From the NCBI RefSeq assembly GCF_009914755.1, contig NC_060947.1: a stretch of 64,000 nucleotides of DNA. One strand, given 5' to 3'. The notes below the pieces were generated by a model. That model saw nothing but the letters and a program-made list of their open reading frames with translations. It made no database searches and was not told the origin of the DNA. Every line of letters starts with the position of its first letter. The stretch's first letter is position 1. This DNA comes from the human T2T-CHM13v2.0 reference genome, Homo sapiens. This document shows positions 41,413-62,027 of the stretch, in pieces. Position numbers and translations under genes: made by a program.

Positions 41413-44400
41413 AAGTTTCCAGTGATTTATTACCACATTATAAACATCATGTATAGGCAGTCTGCATCTTCAGATTTCAGAGATTAAATGAGTATTCAGT
41501 TTTATTTTTAGTAAAGATTAAATCCAAAACTTTACTTTTAATGTAGCACAGAATAGTTTTAATGAGAAATGCAGCTTTATGTATAAAATTAACTATAGCA
41601 AGCTCTAGGTACTCCAATGGTGTACAATGTCTTTTGCACAAACTTTGTAACTTTTGTTACTGTGAATTCAAACATTACTCTTTGGACAGTTTGGACAGTA
41701 TCTGTATTCAGATTTTACAACATGGAGTAAAGAAACCTGTTATGAATTAGATTACAAGCAGCCTTCAAAAGAATTGGCACTGGGATAAGATTTTTCAGAA
41801 AAAGAAAAACATCGGCAAACTGTGTGTGATTTTTCCAAAGCTATATAAAGAACCAAAGGTTTAGTCAAGAAACAAAAATCTTAAAGATTATTATAACCCA
41901 GACTAAGGTTGAACAACCTGCATGCCCAGAGAAAACTATGGCGACAAAGGGGAAAAGGCCACCACTCGTTTTCTCACTGATTCATGCCAATTAAGCCTAC
42001 AGTTAAAGACCAGTTTTGTTCTTTTCACCCATTTTTAAGCTGGTTTTCTCCTGATAAGAAGAAAGGAAGAAAGCCCCAGACGCTTGGTTTTTCTCAGAAC
42101 CCCCAAAAGATGTGCAATAGCTGTTGTTACAAACCACCAAATAATACAGTTGTGAGCCTGAATACAGGACTGAACTCCTATACACGTGTACTGTAGAATG
42201 AGTATTTTTTAATACCTTAAGGTAGGCGTCAAATTCTACTCCCCAAAGCAGAGATAGATTGATTTATCAAAATTATTATCTGGCCAACAGTGTGACTATC
42301 AGACAGCATCAAATATTTGCCCAATCCAAGATTAGACTACACAAAAGCTTCCTTCCAGTATTAAACAAAAAGAATTAAACATAACTATGAAAAAACTTTG
42401 CTAATATCTGTGTTTTTCAGATTTCATTTTTTGTAAAATCAGAAATTAATCTAAACATATTCAGTGATAAGTTCATGTGTAACGACTTAATGTTAAAGGT
42501 TAAAAAAAAGATTTCACAAAATATACAACTTTCACCATATATATAAGCCTGCAAAATTAGAGTAGTGAAAGTCATGCTAGTCCATCACCCAAATATGTTA
42601 TAGACGCCATAGACAGGTGATGTTTGGTCACCTATGGTAACTGCTACCTGATGAAGAGCATAATTTCTGCATATCCATCCTCAATACCATGGTAAATTCT
42701 GGGGCAATAGAGAAGCAACAGAACTGCCACAAAGTATACCTCAATATAATTCCTCTAGTTCTGCTTCTAAAATCTGAGGACAGTGCTAGTGGGAAAATAA
42801 TTTTCAAACTACCTGGTTAACCAAAATACAAAAGCAGCTGACTATGTGTGATTTCATAATAGCACATTTCTTGACACTTAGTGCTAGAAATGAAGATTTG
42901 GATTTTCCTAACAACTTACATCAAGAATGTAGTGTAGCTCATTATTGAGAATTTAGGAAAGCCTGAATCCATTAATTAAGGAAATAAATGTGACTCACAT
43001 TTCTTTTACTGTGACACAATAATGTGATCCTAAAACTGGCTTATCCTTGAGTGTTTACAACTCAAACAACTTTTTGAATGCAGTAGTTTTTTTTTTTTAA
43101 AAACAAACTTTTATGTCAAATTTTTTTTCTTAGAAGTAGTCTTCATTATTATAAATTTGTACACCAAAAGGCCATGGGGAACTTTGTGCAAGTACCTCAT
43201 CGCTGAGCAAATGGAGCTTGCTATGTTTTAATTTCAGAAAATTTCCTCATATACGTAGTGTGTAGAATCAAGTCTTTTAATAATTCATTTTTTCTTCATA
43301 ATATTTACTCAAAGTTAAGCTTAAAAATAAGTTTTATCTTAAAATCATATTTGAAGACAGTAAGACAGTAAACTATTTTAGGAAGTCAACCCCCATTGCA
43401 CTCTGTGGCAGTTATTCTGGTAAAAATAGGCAAAAGTGACCTGAATCTACAATGATGTCCCAAAGTAACCAAGTAAGAGAGATTGTAAATGATAAACCGA
43501 GCTTTAAAGGATAAAGTGTTAATAAAGAAAGGAAGCTGGGCACATGTCAAAAAGGGAGATCGAAATGTTAGGTAATCATTTAGAAAGGACAGAAAATATT
43601 TAAAGTGGCTCATAGGTAATGAATATTTCTGACTTAGATGTAAATCCATCTGGAATCTTTACATCCTTTGCCAGCTGAAACAAGAAAGTGAAGGGACAAT
43701 GATATTTCATGGTCAGTTTATTTTGTAAGAGACAGAAGAAATTATATCTATACATTACCTTGTAGCAGCAGTACCTGGAAGCCCCAGCCCGTCACAGAAG
43801 TGTGGAGGGGGGCTCCTGACTAGACAATTTCCCTAGCCCTTGTGATTTGAAGCATGAAAGTTCTGGCAGGTTATGAGCAGCACTAGGGATAAAGTATGGT
43901 TTTATTTTGGTGTAATTTAGGTTTTTCAACAAAGCCCTTGTCTAAAATAAAAGGCATTATTGGAAATATTTGAAAACTAGAAAATGATGGATAAAAGGGC
44001 TGATAAGAAAATTTCTGACTGTCAGTAGAAGTGAGATAAGATCCTCAGAGGAAACAGTAAGAAGGGATAATCATTAAGATAGTAAAACAGGCAAAGCAGA
44101 ATCACATGTGCACACACACATACACATGTAAACATTGGAATGCATAAGTTTTAATATTTTAGCGCTATCAGTTTCTAAATGCATTAATTACTAACTGCCC
44201 TCTCCCAAGATTCATTTAGTTCAAACAGTATCCGTAAACTAGGAATAATGCCACATGCATTCAATGGGATCTTTTAAGTACTCTTCAGTTTGTTCCAAGA
44301 AATGTGCCTACTGAAATCAAATTAATTTGTATTCAATGTGTACTTCAAGACTGCTAATTGTTTCATCTGAAAGCCTACAATGAATCATTGTTCAACCTTG

Positions 44401-44422
44401 AAAAATAAAATTTTGTAAATCA
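41413..44422 (+). other. NRK: NRK 3'UTR (~3 kb, no recognisable repeats)
   Basis: Follows the stop codon; AU-rich; end inferred from AATAAA and approximate. Confidence 0.7.
44404..44409 (+). terminator. Probable distal polyadenylation signal AATAAA
   Basis: AATAAA followed by a CA (44421-44422) and GT-rich sequence (ggttgatgt). Confidence 0.65.
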
Positions 44423-45495
44423 TCGGTTGATGTCATTATTGAAATATACTTATCTAATGCCATGGAATTAGGACTTACTCAAATAATATTCATTTCTTTA
44501 AAGTATATAATAATGAACTGATTAGAATATGTTAGGGGTTCAGCTTGTTGTTGCATTTGGAATTCTGGCCAAAGAGGGATATATTAATCTGATTTTAAAA
44601 ATACCTTCTGGCTACAGTAGTGAAATTAGAAGCTGATTAATTTTCCTCTAAATATATAGGACTTTACACATAGGCATAGATTCACAGGGTATGGGTAAAA
44701 CTCAAGCAAGTTTCAATGCTGCCTTCCCTCCCATGCCACCCCAGTATTTTCAAGTCCAGAGGAGAGGAAAGGTGAAGCACTCTATCACAGAGTATCTTTC
44801 ATTTAAGAAGGGTTTTAGTGCAGGCTGATGGCGGAATACAGAAGACAGAGTAATCATGGCAGGTTTTCAAAAGAAGCTTAGTCCTTTCTTTAGGACCAGA
44901 AGAACAGAATTTCCCTCAGCAGGTCTTGACAGTGGAGTATTAAAAGTATAATCCCATGCACATCCTGTCATCTTGGGACATTTTGGAGAGGTGTTCATCA
45001 GGCTTACTCATTAGAGCCTGTTGGGTATTGTCCTAATTTGGCATGTGTGGCCAGGCATTCTGGAGCTGGGCTACCTGGATCACATAATGCTTATCCAGGT
45101 TGTTAAGGGCTGAATTCAAAACGTTTCATTACAATCAAATTGTTTTACTCAACTTTATTATAGGGTACACTGACTTCAGCTACTTTAGGGGACAGTGTTA
45201 TGAGCGAAGGAATAAAAGTATCATCACAAATTGGAATTAGCTCAGACAGGGTGAGTCCCTAAGGCTGAGAGAGGGCATTATTCTGGGGACTTTTTATCAA
45301 AGCATGGGTACAGGGTAGGTCATGACTAGAAGTCATTAGCTATTCGCTATTAGTAACTTGCAGGAGCAGTGGGGTCTAAGGATGTCGATGCTGCAAATCT
45401 ATTGACTGAATCATTTTTTAACACTGATTTCCATCTGATATAATAGCATTTTTTTAATAGAGCCCTTACCCCTGATTTAAGAATACTCAGGGTCT

Positions 45496-51549
<6,054 letters not shown>

Positions 51550-52424
51550 GAATACTCAGGGTCTTAAGGATAATAAAGCCATTGAGTATTGCTACTTTTT
51601 AATTCCAAAAACTGAATGGTGGAACTAATGAATTAAGGTCAAACATGTTTTAGATATCATTGTCACATGTCACATTTTACATTGTTCACAACCATCTCAA
51701 CTGATCTAAAAATAATAGTTCAAGAAAGAGTAAAATGGATTCTATATGGATTTATATTTTCAGAAGCTAGTCCACAGCCTACTTTGTAAATATATGGATT
51801 AACCATTTCTTACAGTTTTGCCACCTCGTATTTCAAAGTGTCTTGTTTGGTGCTTAACATACAGAAGCTGTTCAATAAAAACATGAATTGAGGGGCAGAA
51901 ATGGGCCCTTTTTGCTTTGCCTGGATTGTTTTTGGTGCTATTGTATCTACAACCACTTCAGACTCAGGAATCCATTTGTTGTTTCATGAAAGTATCATCT
52001 GTGTTCTGGTGACCAAAATGTCATGACCTATTATTGGTAATTTCAAAAGATTTTACCCCACAAACCTGAAGTGAAACAAAGGATAGGTCAATATAGACAT
52101 TGAGTCTTTCTAAATTTTACTTACTTACCTTTATAACAACACATAAGGGCCACTATAACCCTTCAGTAATTACTCGAGGCTCATAAATAATGACAAACAT
52201 AATTTAGTAAAATAATAGCACAAAAAGTTAACAAGCCATTTAACTGGCTGTTTTATGCAGACATTTGGTTTGAAGGTGATTGTTTTTCTCAAGATCAACT
52301 ATTTATGTTGTATCATCCCGAGACATATTTAAGGGCATTCAGAGCTTGTCAGTATACTTTTTCATCCAAAATTTTTAATTATGTTCCTATAAACAGCTAG
52401 ATATCAGGCATTCCCTAAAGGCAT

Positions 52425-52461
52425 GTTTTGTTTTGTTTTTTGTTTTGTTTTGTTTTGTTTG
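52425..52461. repeat. (TTTTG)n simple repeat
   Basis: Direct reading. Confidence 0.85.
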
Positions 52462-53696
52462 CAGTTGAAAGAGTCTGTCTGATTTGCAGGTAGGTAGATA
52501 CCTCTAAAATGCATACCAAATGGGATCATCTATCCAAAAGTCTAAAAAGTAAACATGCAACACCATAAAGTTGAGTCTCACATGTTGAAATAGTTGGAAA
52601 TGAATGGAATGAAATTCAAAGCAAATTGAACTACATGTAAAAGGAAAAGCTTTTCTCCATAGGTAAAATTTAAATTATGTAAAAAGTTGGGGAAGTATGG
52701 GCTTCATTTGATATTGTAAAAACTATGAGTTTTACTCCACAAACGAATGTGCAGAATCCAAGCAAACAAAAACAGTTATTTGGATTCCAACACCCATTCC
52801 ACCAGTCTGGGGGAAATTTAATTTTAATCATTTTTCTTTCATTCACTAGGGTTATAGAAAGGTCCCAGGTATCTTTTATGGATCAGAAAATTCAGGGGTG
52901 CCCTACTGGCCTATAGTTTACACTAGTCTACATTGATACATTTATTGCTCACTTAGTTTCTTACAGTGGTCTCTGAGGCATGTGTGGCCATGGAAATATT
53001 TGTCAAGACAGGGAGCCCAGACACCTAGTGTTATATTCACTATCATCCCACTACTTCCATGGGAGCTGAGTGGGCATGGGCCCCTGATGCTTTAAAAACC
53101 ATAGTTCCTGCTATCCTTTCCCATGCCTAGTGAATCTCCTTCTCTCCCCTAAGCTCTTGTATTTCTGTCCCACTCCATTCAATACAAAATGCATTTACCT
53201 CTTTCCCTTTTCATTTGAGAATGGCCTAATATAATTGTGCAAAAAAAAATCTAGCAGGAGGTTTTCAGAAAACTTTTGCTTTAGGTTCTACTATGTAACC
53301 TCTCTACCCATCTAAGACGAACCCTCCATGAATTGGAGGAGGGGAAATATAGTGAGAACAAATGAAAACCATAATTAATTATGCTGTCACCTACACATGA
53401 AAAAAAATCAAGTAAATGTAATCAAAGAAATTAAAACTTTAAAAGATGAGACATTATTGCTATTGATGAGGTAGGCCAAACATTTCTAATCATCTCTTAT
53501 CATCTCTATAATCTCCTTAGTGCCCTTATTCTTTCTTCTGTGTCATTGCAGCTTCCAAACAATTGTACCTTCTTACGTCATTGTCCCTCCTTTCTCCCTA
53601 ATAGCCCCCACCTTTGAATTTATTGCTATCAGATTATAATACCTATTATGCCTCCTTGTTGCTGTCCTGTATAGACAGACCCACACCATTCCTTCT

Positions 53697-54107
53697 TTCC
53701 TTGGTCCATTTGGGATGCTATAACAAAATACCTGAGACTGGGTAACTTATAAAGAACAGAAATGTATTTCTCATACTTCCGGAGGCCAGAAAGTTCAACA
53801 TCAAGGTGCATGCAGGTTTGGTTGTCTGGTGAAGGCTGCTCTCTGCTTCCGAGATTGTGCATTGCTGCATCATCTGGAGAGGATGAACACTGTGACCTCA
53901 CATGGCAGAAGAGATGCAAGGGCAAAATAGGGTGGAAAGGGTGAACTCACCTTCCCAAACCCCTGTATAAGGCACTAATACAATTCATGAGGACAGAGCC
54001 CTCATGGTCTAATCACTTCCTAAAGGCCCCAACTCTTAATATTGTTGCATTGAGTACTAAGTTTTAACATGAATTTTGCAGGGAACACAAATATTCAAAG
54101 CATAATA
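53697..54107 (-). mobile_element. MaLR LTR (MLT1A/MSTD-like)
   Basis: tccatttgggatgctataacaaaatacctgagactgggtaacttataa...ctcacatggcagaag...gccctcatggtctaatcacttcctaaaggcccc. Confidence 0.8.
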
Positions 54108-54108
54108 C

Positions 54109-54945
54109 TGTTACAGACCACAGGTTCTTACACTCTCATGTAATGGAAATTGACACGAAGTCCAGCAAGTTTCCTAGTCAAGGCCCTTTTTAGGGGTTTT
54201 TGTTCAAATACAAGGGAGTCAGCACTGGAATTAAAGTTATCCAGCTGCCTCCCCAAGTGGGGGGCATTGTGGTGCCTTAAGGAGTGTGACATGCATAATT
54301 CATGAGGTAAGTGAACTTTACAACATGATGTGATGGAATACAGGGTGCACAAGTGTAGTAAGGAGTCATGCTAACACATATATCACATGATTACAAAATG
54401 GCAGATGAGCACATCTTTGGGTGGAGATTTTAGTATTATAATGAAGCAAAGGCAAAGATCTGTCATCCTTCTGGTCTTGTGCGCATGCAGGTGACAGGGT
54501 TAACTTCTTTGAGTGAAACTTATGTCTGGAGGCCATTTTTTTTTTAGACTTTCTTAAGGTCCCTCAGTCAGGGATATGGTGCCTTGAATGAAATTTAGAG
54601 GGTGGAGGGAGCACAGCTTACCTTAGTTTTTAAGGTTTTGAGGTCAACAGGGCTGGGTTCCAGAGAAGGCAGGATTGAAAGTTCAGGATTGTCTGGTTGA
54701 GGTCCCAAACAGTTATAAGGCCCCCAGTAGTTTGTAGTAGAGGTCTTTGGGGTGGAGGCTGTGCTGGTGCTTCCTTGTTGCAGGTTGCAGGTGTGGGCTG
54801 AAGCCTCCACCTGCCATTGCCCATGACTGTGCTATGCCCAACAGTGCTAGTCCAGCCAGCAGTGGTGGCATGGGGCCCCACAGAGCTACGCACCATACTT
54901 TGCCCAATTCCTGGCTTTGGGCTGTATCCCCACACCCTAGGGGCA
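54109..54945 (-). mobile_element. Probable ERV-class LTR plus adjacent internal remnant (family not assigned)
   Basis: Starts tgttacagacc; LTR-like composition with gcgcatgc and aaaatggc motifs; boundaries uncertain. Confidence 0.4.
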
Positions 54946-54968
54946 GTTTATCAATCTTGTTTATTTAA

Positions 54969-55300
<332 letters not shown>

Positions 55301-55302
55301 GC

Positions 55303-58190
55303 ACATCAGCCGTTAATGTTCAACACATGAATTTGGGGGGACATGTTAAGACAATAACATTCGGCCCTGACCCTCTTACAAGTAAAATACATACATTCTA
55401 TCCTAATAGCCCCAAAACTCATAACTCATTCTAGCGCAAACTTGTCTAAAGTCCATAGTCTCATCTAAATCAGATAAGGGAGAGAATCAAGGTATGATTC
55501 ATACTCAGGCAAATTCCCCTCCAGCTGAGAACCTGTAATATCAAACAAGTTTTGTGCTTCCAATGTACAGTGTTGTGACGTGCATGGGATAGACATTCCA
55601 ATTCCAAATGGGAGAAATAAGCAAGAAGAAAGAGGTTGCAGGACTCAACTAAGTCCAAAACCCAATACAGCAAACAAAATTATATCTTAAGGATTGAGAT
55701 TAAACTTATTTGACTCCATGTTCTGCCTTACAAACACACTAGGGTAGGAGTTGGGTTCTCAGGACTCTGGGGAATCCAGCCTCCATGGCTTTCTTGGGTG
55801 CAAGCCACACCATACTTCTTACAGACTGGTCAGGTGCCTGTGGATCTCCCAGGCTGGCATTGTATCCTGGTGGCTCTACAGGTCTTGGGGTAGGCCTGCC
55901 CTTGTGGCTCCAATAAGCATTGCCTTAGTGGGGGCTCTCTGTGGTGGCCCCAAACTCACATCTCCACTAAGTTTTTCCCTAGAGGGAGCTTTCTGCAGTG
56001 GCCCTGACCCTGAGGCAGTTCTTTGCCTGGATCCTGAAGCTCTCCATTGCATTTTTTTTAAATCTGGGTAGAGGTAACCATGCTTCCGTAGCTCATGTAC
56101 TCAGTATGTCTGCAGAGCTAGTACTACATGAACTCCACCAAGACTCACTGCCTGCACCCTCCAGAGTAGTCACCCAAGCCATGGCTGGACCCTCCTGAGC
56201 CCCAGCTGGGGCATTTGAAGACTTTTGTGCATGAATGCAGGGTGAAGAGACTTGAGATAACCCTAGGAAGTGAGCACTGAGGTCCTACGTGCAACCTGGG
56301 CTTCTCCCTAGAAGCCATTCTGCCCTCAAGGCCCTGGCACTCTGGTCCTGTGGTGAACATGGCAGCCTCCAAGATCTCTGAAATGCCTCTGGGTCATCTT
56401 CCTATTGTCTTCGTAAATATCAATATCGTGAAAATGGCCATACGGCCTGAAGTAATTTATAGATTCAATGCTGTCCCCATTAAACTAACATTGACATTCT
56501 CCACAGACTTAGAAAAACTACTTTAAATTTCATATGGAACCAAAAAGCAACCTGAATAGCCAAGACAATCCTAAGCAAAAAGAACAAAGCTGGAGGCATC
56601 ATGCTACCTGACTTCAAACTATACTACATGGCTACAGTAACCAAAACAGCAAGATACTGGCACAAAAACAGACACATAGAACAATGGAACAGAATAGAGA
56701 ACTCAGAAATAAGACCACACACCTACAACCATGTGATCTTCTATAAATCTGTCAAAAACAAGCAATGGGGAAAGGATTCCCCATTTAATAAATGATGCTG
56801 GAAGAACTGGCCAGTCATATGCAGAAAATTAAAACTGGGCCCCTTCTTTACACCTTATACAAAAATTAACTCAAGATGGATCAAAGACTTCAATGTAAAA
56901 CCCAAAAGTATAAAAACCCCAGAGGAAAATCTAGGCAATACCATTCAGGACATAGGCACAGGCAAATATTTCATGACAAAAATGCCAAAAGCAATTGCAA
57001 TAAAAGCAAAAATGGACAAATGGGATATAAGTAAACTATGGAGCTTCTGCACAGCAAAAGAAACTATCATCAGAGTGAACAGATAATGTACAGAATGGGG
57101 GAAAATTTTTGCAATCTGTCCATCTGACAAAAGTCTAATATCCAGAGTCTATAAGGCACACAAGAGAAAAACAACCCCATTAAAAAGTGGGCAAAGGACA
57201 TAAGTAGGCACTTCTCAAAATAAGACATTCATGTGGCCAACAAACACATGACAAAAAGCTCAACATAACTGATCATTAGAGAAATGTAAATCAAAACCAC
57301 AATGAGATCGCATCTCAAGCCAGTCAGATGGCCATTATTAAAAAGTCATAAAATAACAGATGCTGGTGAGGTTGTGGAGAAAAAGGAACCCTTATACACT
57401 GTTGGTGGGAATGTAAATTAGTACAACTATTGTGGAAGACAGTGTGGTGATTCCTCAAAGATCTAGAGGCAGAAATATCATTTGACCCAGCAATCCCATT
57501 ACTGGGTATATACCCAAAGGAATGTAAATCATTCTATTATAAAGATACATGCACACATAAGTTCATTGCAGCACCATTCACAATAGCAAAGACTCGGAAT
57601 CCATTCAAATGCCCATCAATGATAGACTGCATAAAGAAAATGTCGTACATATACACCAGGGAGCACTATGCAGCCGTAAAAAAGAAGCAGATCATGTCCT
57701 TTCCAGGAACATGGATGGACCTGGAAGCCATTATCCTCAGCAAACTAACACAGGAACAGAAAACACTACATGTTCTCTCTTTAAGTGGGAGCTGAACAAT
57801 GAGAACACATGGATACAGGATGGGAAACAACACATACTGGGGCCTGTCAGAGGTAGGGAGAAGGAGAGCATCAGGAAGAATAGCTAATGGTTGCTGGGCT
57901 TAATACCAAAATGATAGGTTGATCTGTACAGCAACCACCCATAGCATACATTTATTTATGTAACAAACCTACACATACTGCACATGTACCCCAGATCTTA
58001 AAATAAAAGATGAAGGAAAAAAAGATAGCATCTGGCTTTCTTCTATTCATACTAACCTCATCATCAAAGGTATCTTGGCCACACTCTTGATTTTCTCTCC
58101 TAAATACTATTTTTTAAAAATTATTTACATGGCCAGTCTGAGAATTTTCCAAATTTTTACATTTGGCTTCTCCTTTGATTAAGAATTCAA
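55303..58190 (-). mobile_element. MaLR LTR tip plus internal sequence (MLT1A/MST-int-like), split by an L1
   Basis: MaLR-int motifs (agtctcatct, cctgaggcaaatt-like, ccattccaaatgggagaaat-like, tttgactccatgt) at 55360-56415, resuming at 58024-58190. Confidence 0.7.
56418..58023 (+). mobile_element. 5'-truncated L1PA11-13-like element
   Basis: ORF2 3' remnant (56601..56795); 3'UTR gcatcaggaagaatagctaatgg...ctgggcttaatacc; A tail. Confidence 0.9.
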
Positions 58191-58199
58191 ATTGTTTTC

Positions 58200-59380
58200 A
58201 ATGATCTCAGTTTCTCTCTCTCTCTCTCTCTCTGTCTCCCTCACCTCTTTTTCTGGAACTCTGATGGCACAAATGTTAGCTTTTTGTTATTCTCCCACAG
58301 GTCCTTCAGATTTGGTTCATTTTTATTGCATCTATTTTATCTTTATTATTCAGAATGTATAAATTCTATTGATCTTTCTCAAGTTCACTAATTCTGTTTG
58401 TGTCATCTTTACTCTGTCTTTGAGCCAATCCAGCATGTTCCCTTTTATTTCTAATATTTAATTTCTATAATTTCCATTTGGTTATTTTTATAACTTTATT
58501 TCTTTTCTGAAATTTTCTAGGTTTACATTTAATTAATTATTGAAGTATTTCATAACTGCTTTAAAATCTTTGTCAGACAGTTACAACATTAGATTCATCT
58601 TGCTGTTGGTTTCTGTTGATTGTCTTTTCCAAATAGATTACTGATTTCCCTAGTCCTTGATATGACAGGCTTTTTATTGCTTCCTCGTCATGTTGATTGT
58701 GTTTTGTGACTCCTATTTATATCTTTTATGTGAGCAGGCAGTCATCATGCCTAGGTTTAGCATGCAGATGCTAGCCAACTTTTGTGGTCTGTGATTATAA
58801 TGACAGCTTAATTTTTAGAGACTTTGCAGTATTAGTATGATCTTAGTTTATCTGGTGCTGCTGCAGCTCCCACTGCTACTTGTCAGTGGAGTGGAAGAGG
58901 TTTCCCTAGGCCTGGGTGCCTGGTGTTGATGGGTGGGGCAAGGGATTCTCAGGCCGTGAAGGTAAACGGGCTTCCCTGGCAAGGAGGTTGCTGTGGCATT
59001 CTTTTCCCTGACTGTGGAAGATAAAGAGCACTTCTTTGGCTAGGCTCTTGTCATTGTGGTTATTCATTTACTGGTGCCCTAGTCTCTCTGGGTGGGAAAG
59101 GGGAATCTCAGGACTATAGAGGTACAGAGACTTTTAGCCTGAATGGTTCTGATGTTGAAATCCCTCTTCCTGGTGCCACACAGGCAACCAGTGTCTCTGG
59201 ATAAGGAAGGAGTGTCTCGTGCCCATGGAGAAAAAGAAGCTTCCCAGGCTGGGTTGATTATTGGAGTGGAGCCCCCTTGCTTGTGTTGCTAGGCTTCCCT
59301 GGTTATCTCCCAGTGCAGGATTGAAGTCTCTGGCGTATCAGGGAAAGAGAGTTATCTCTACTTTCTGTTTCACAGCCTTT
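58200..59380 (-). mobile_element. Ancient L1M 5'/ORF1-region remnant
   Basis: ttttctggaactctgat...tctcccacaggtcc...ctcaagttcactaattct resembles antisense old-L1 ORF1. Confidence 0.5.
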
Positions 59381-59389
59381 TCCAATACC

Positions 59390-59727
59390 GTGGGAGGCAA
59401 GCACAGCCTGAATATATGGCTGATTTAACACTACCTGTGAGTAATGCTCAATCAGTGGGGGACAGAAACTAACCAAGAAATATTTTCAAACTCTGAACCC
59501 TCAGGTGGACAATGCTTGGAGACATTGTACACACTTCTCAGAAGGTCCTGGTGGAATTTAGCCTATAGTAGTGATCCACATGATGTATCCTTTAACTGTC
59601 CTTTCTTCCTCTCCATCTCACTCTACAACTCTCCAACTCCTGTTTTCTGAAATTACATCCCAAATAAACTATCTGAATCCAAGTTCTTGCAGCAGGCTTG
59701 GCTTTCAGTGGAACCCAAACTAAGACG
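59390..59727 (+). mobile_element. ERVL LTR16-like LTR
   Basis: 3' end cccaaataaacta...ggaacccaaactaagac. Confidence 0.6.
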
Positions 59728-60460
59728 AACCCAATAAAAAGTAGGCTAAAAATATGAACAAACTTATCATCAAAAGAAATAGTATAACTTAAAAACTTAC
59801 AAAAACATGTTTGGCCCACTCATAACAAAATAAATGGGAATGAGAACAAAGGTCGCATTTTTCATCTGTCAGATTGGCAAAGGTTACAGATTTTGATATC
59901 ATACCATTTGTAATGTGCTATTACATATGCTATTGTTGCAATCCCATTGCAAGGCAACTTGAAAATACCTTTTAGCACACACATTCCCATTGACCTAGCG
60001 ATTTTACTTTCAGAAATAAATACAACAGATATATTCACGCATGTGTACAAGTATATACCCAAGAATGTTTGTTGCAGCATTGATTGTAATAAAGCACCAG
60101 ACTAGGAGAAAAAACACTGAGTTTCCATCAATAAACAATTGGTTTTAAAATATATGGTGAATCCATCCAGTAGAATACTATGCCATTAACAAAAACAGAG
60201 CATATCTGTGTATGTCAATACAGAAACATCCCTCAGATTTATTACAGAGATAATGCGAAGTTCAAAAAAATACACAGTATAATTGAGAATTATATTATCT
60301 ATATTATCTATTATATTACACAGTAGCTTTAACATTAATAAATATTGCCACTAAGGAGAGAAAGCAGTGCCTGACTGGGGTGGAATATCTAATTTTTATT
60401 TTGTATTTATTTGTACTCTTAGAATATTTAGTCATGCACACGTATTAATTTTCAATTATG
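59728..60460 (+). mobile_element. L1ME-like 3' remnant
   Basis: catctgtcagattggcaaa...ccattgacctagcgattttactt...aagaatgtttgttgcagcattg...tagaatactatgc. Confidence 0.65.
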
Positions 60461-61902
60461 AAAAAATAAATAATGGGCATTGTTTCTCAATTAGGATTGA
60501 AATTAATCTTCAATTTATTTTTTCTTAGATTTATTTTTATTGATATGTAACATACACTATAGATATTAATTGTAATGAATCAGTTATTCACATACACTCA
60601 TGCATACATGCATGTGTACATGTGTGTGTAACCATCACTCATATCAAGATATTGAACATTCCCAATGCTTCCAATAATTTCTCTCCAACTTCTTTCCATT
60701 TAATACTTACCCTTGTATTGAGGTAATCACTATTCTGACTTTTAACACCATTGATTGATCTTCAGTTTAAGTATTGGTTTTAGGTAGAAAAATAGTTTAT
60801 TATATAGAGAATATACATAGAAAAAGACACATCAAAATGTTAAAAGTGATTATCTACATAGATCTAGGAATACACATGATTTTACTTCTGCTTTATAGTC
60901 ATCTTACTTGTAATGTGGACATATTAACAATAAAATAATAAAAGCCTCTCTCCTTAAAAAATACCTTTTATAAACTCTGCATGGAATGTTTGGATGTCAT
61001 TCATCCAAAACTTTCGCCAACGTTTCTTTATCCTATTATTTCAGCTGATTTTTTTTCCCTTTGACTCCTCTACTGTGATCTAATCACAGCTATCAGAGTA
61101 GAAAGGGCAGGATAGGGAGAAAAGGAGTTCTCTGACTTGGATACTTGAGATTAGGCTTTCAATGCTGTATGTTTCAGAGGGAACATGATTTTTCCCCAAG
61201 CATCAATGAAACTAAAACTGTTTGATATTTGGACTATAGTTCTACTGCACTTGATTATTTAAAATGTTTTACCAAATTGAGAAGATACAAACAGCATTTA
61301 TTTTTCTACTAGGCTAAGGACAATTTAAAACCACTTAAACTTCCTTTGCTTATGAACCATACAAACCACTAAGTGGAGCTGTAGGCTCAAGTATGAGAAA
61401 TGTGTGCATGAGTTCAATTATTTTGTGGAAACAGATATAATGAGGTTCTGAGAGTTCACCAAGAATAATGAAAAATTCCAGCTTCATTTTTCTCCTAAAA
61501 TTTTACCTCCTTGTTTAAAGAAGTATTCAGAACCTGGGATTTTGAAGGGTTGGGTGTGGTCATTTAGAAGGGGTGGGATACATAGAAGCCATTCAGTTTC
61601 ATTATTTCATTTCATACCATGTTATTTACAACAATTATAGGACCATAGATTATACAACAATTGCAGCATTATAGAACGTTGTCCTTTTATTTAAAATCCT
61701 AGCTTTCTGAATTTCATTTGTCATCCCTCTATGCTGCTGTGATCATTGCAAATTTATAACATAACTTTATACACTCGGGGACTGGAAAGAAAAAATGCCT
61801 CAAATTTATAGTAGTCCTGTTTTTCAATACAATTTTTGTTAAATGGTTCACATTTATAATTGATAAATCTACTATTTAATTTTTCAACATTTTATTGCCA
61901 AA

Positions 61903-62027
61903 AGTAGTGGTGAAAATGGAAGGAAATTTTGCCTTCCAGGGGGTTAGGCAATGTCTGGAGGCAATTTTGGTTGTCACAACTGGGTAGGGGATGGTGCTAC
62001 TGGCATCTAGTGGGTAGAGGCTAAAGA
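61903..62027 (+). mobile_element. MER20 (hAT) partial
   Basis: ggcaatgtctggaggcaattttggttgtcacaactggg...gtgctactggcatctagtgggtagaggc. Confidence 0.85.

Noticed and set aside
54595-54968. Several overlapping ORFs, one signal-peptide-like (54713..54907)
   Set aside because: Lie within a TE cluster, short, and no recognisable env/gag motif
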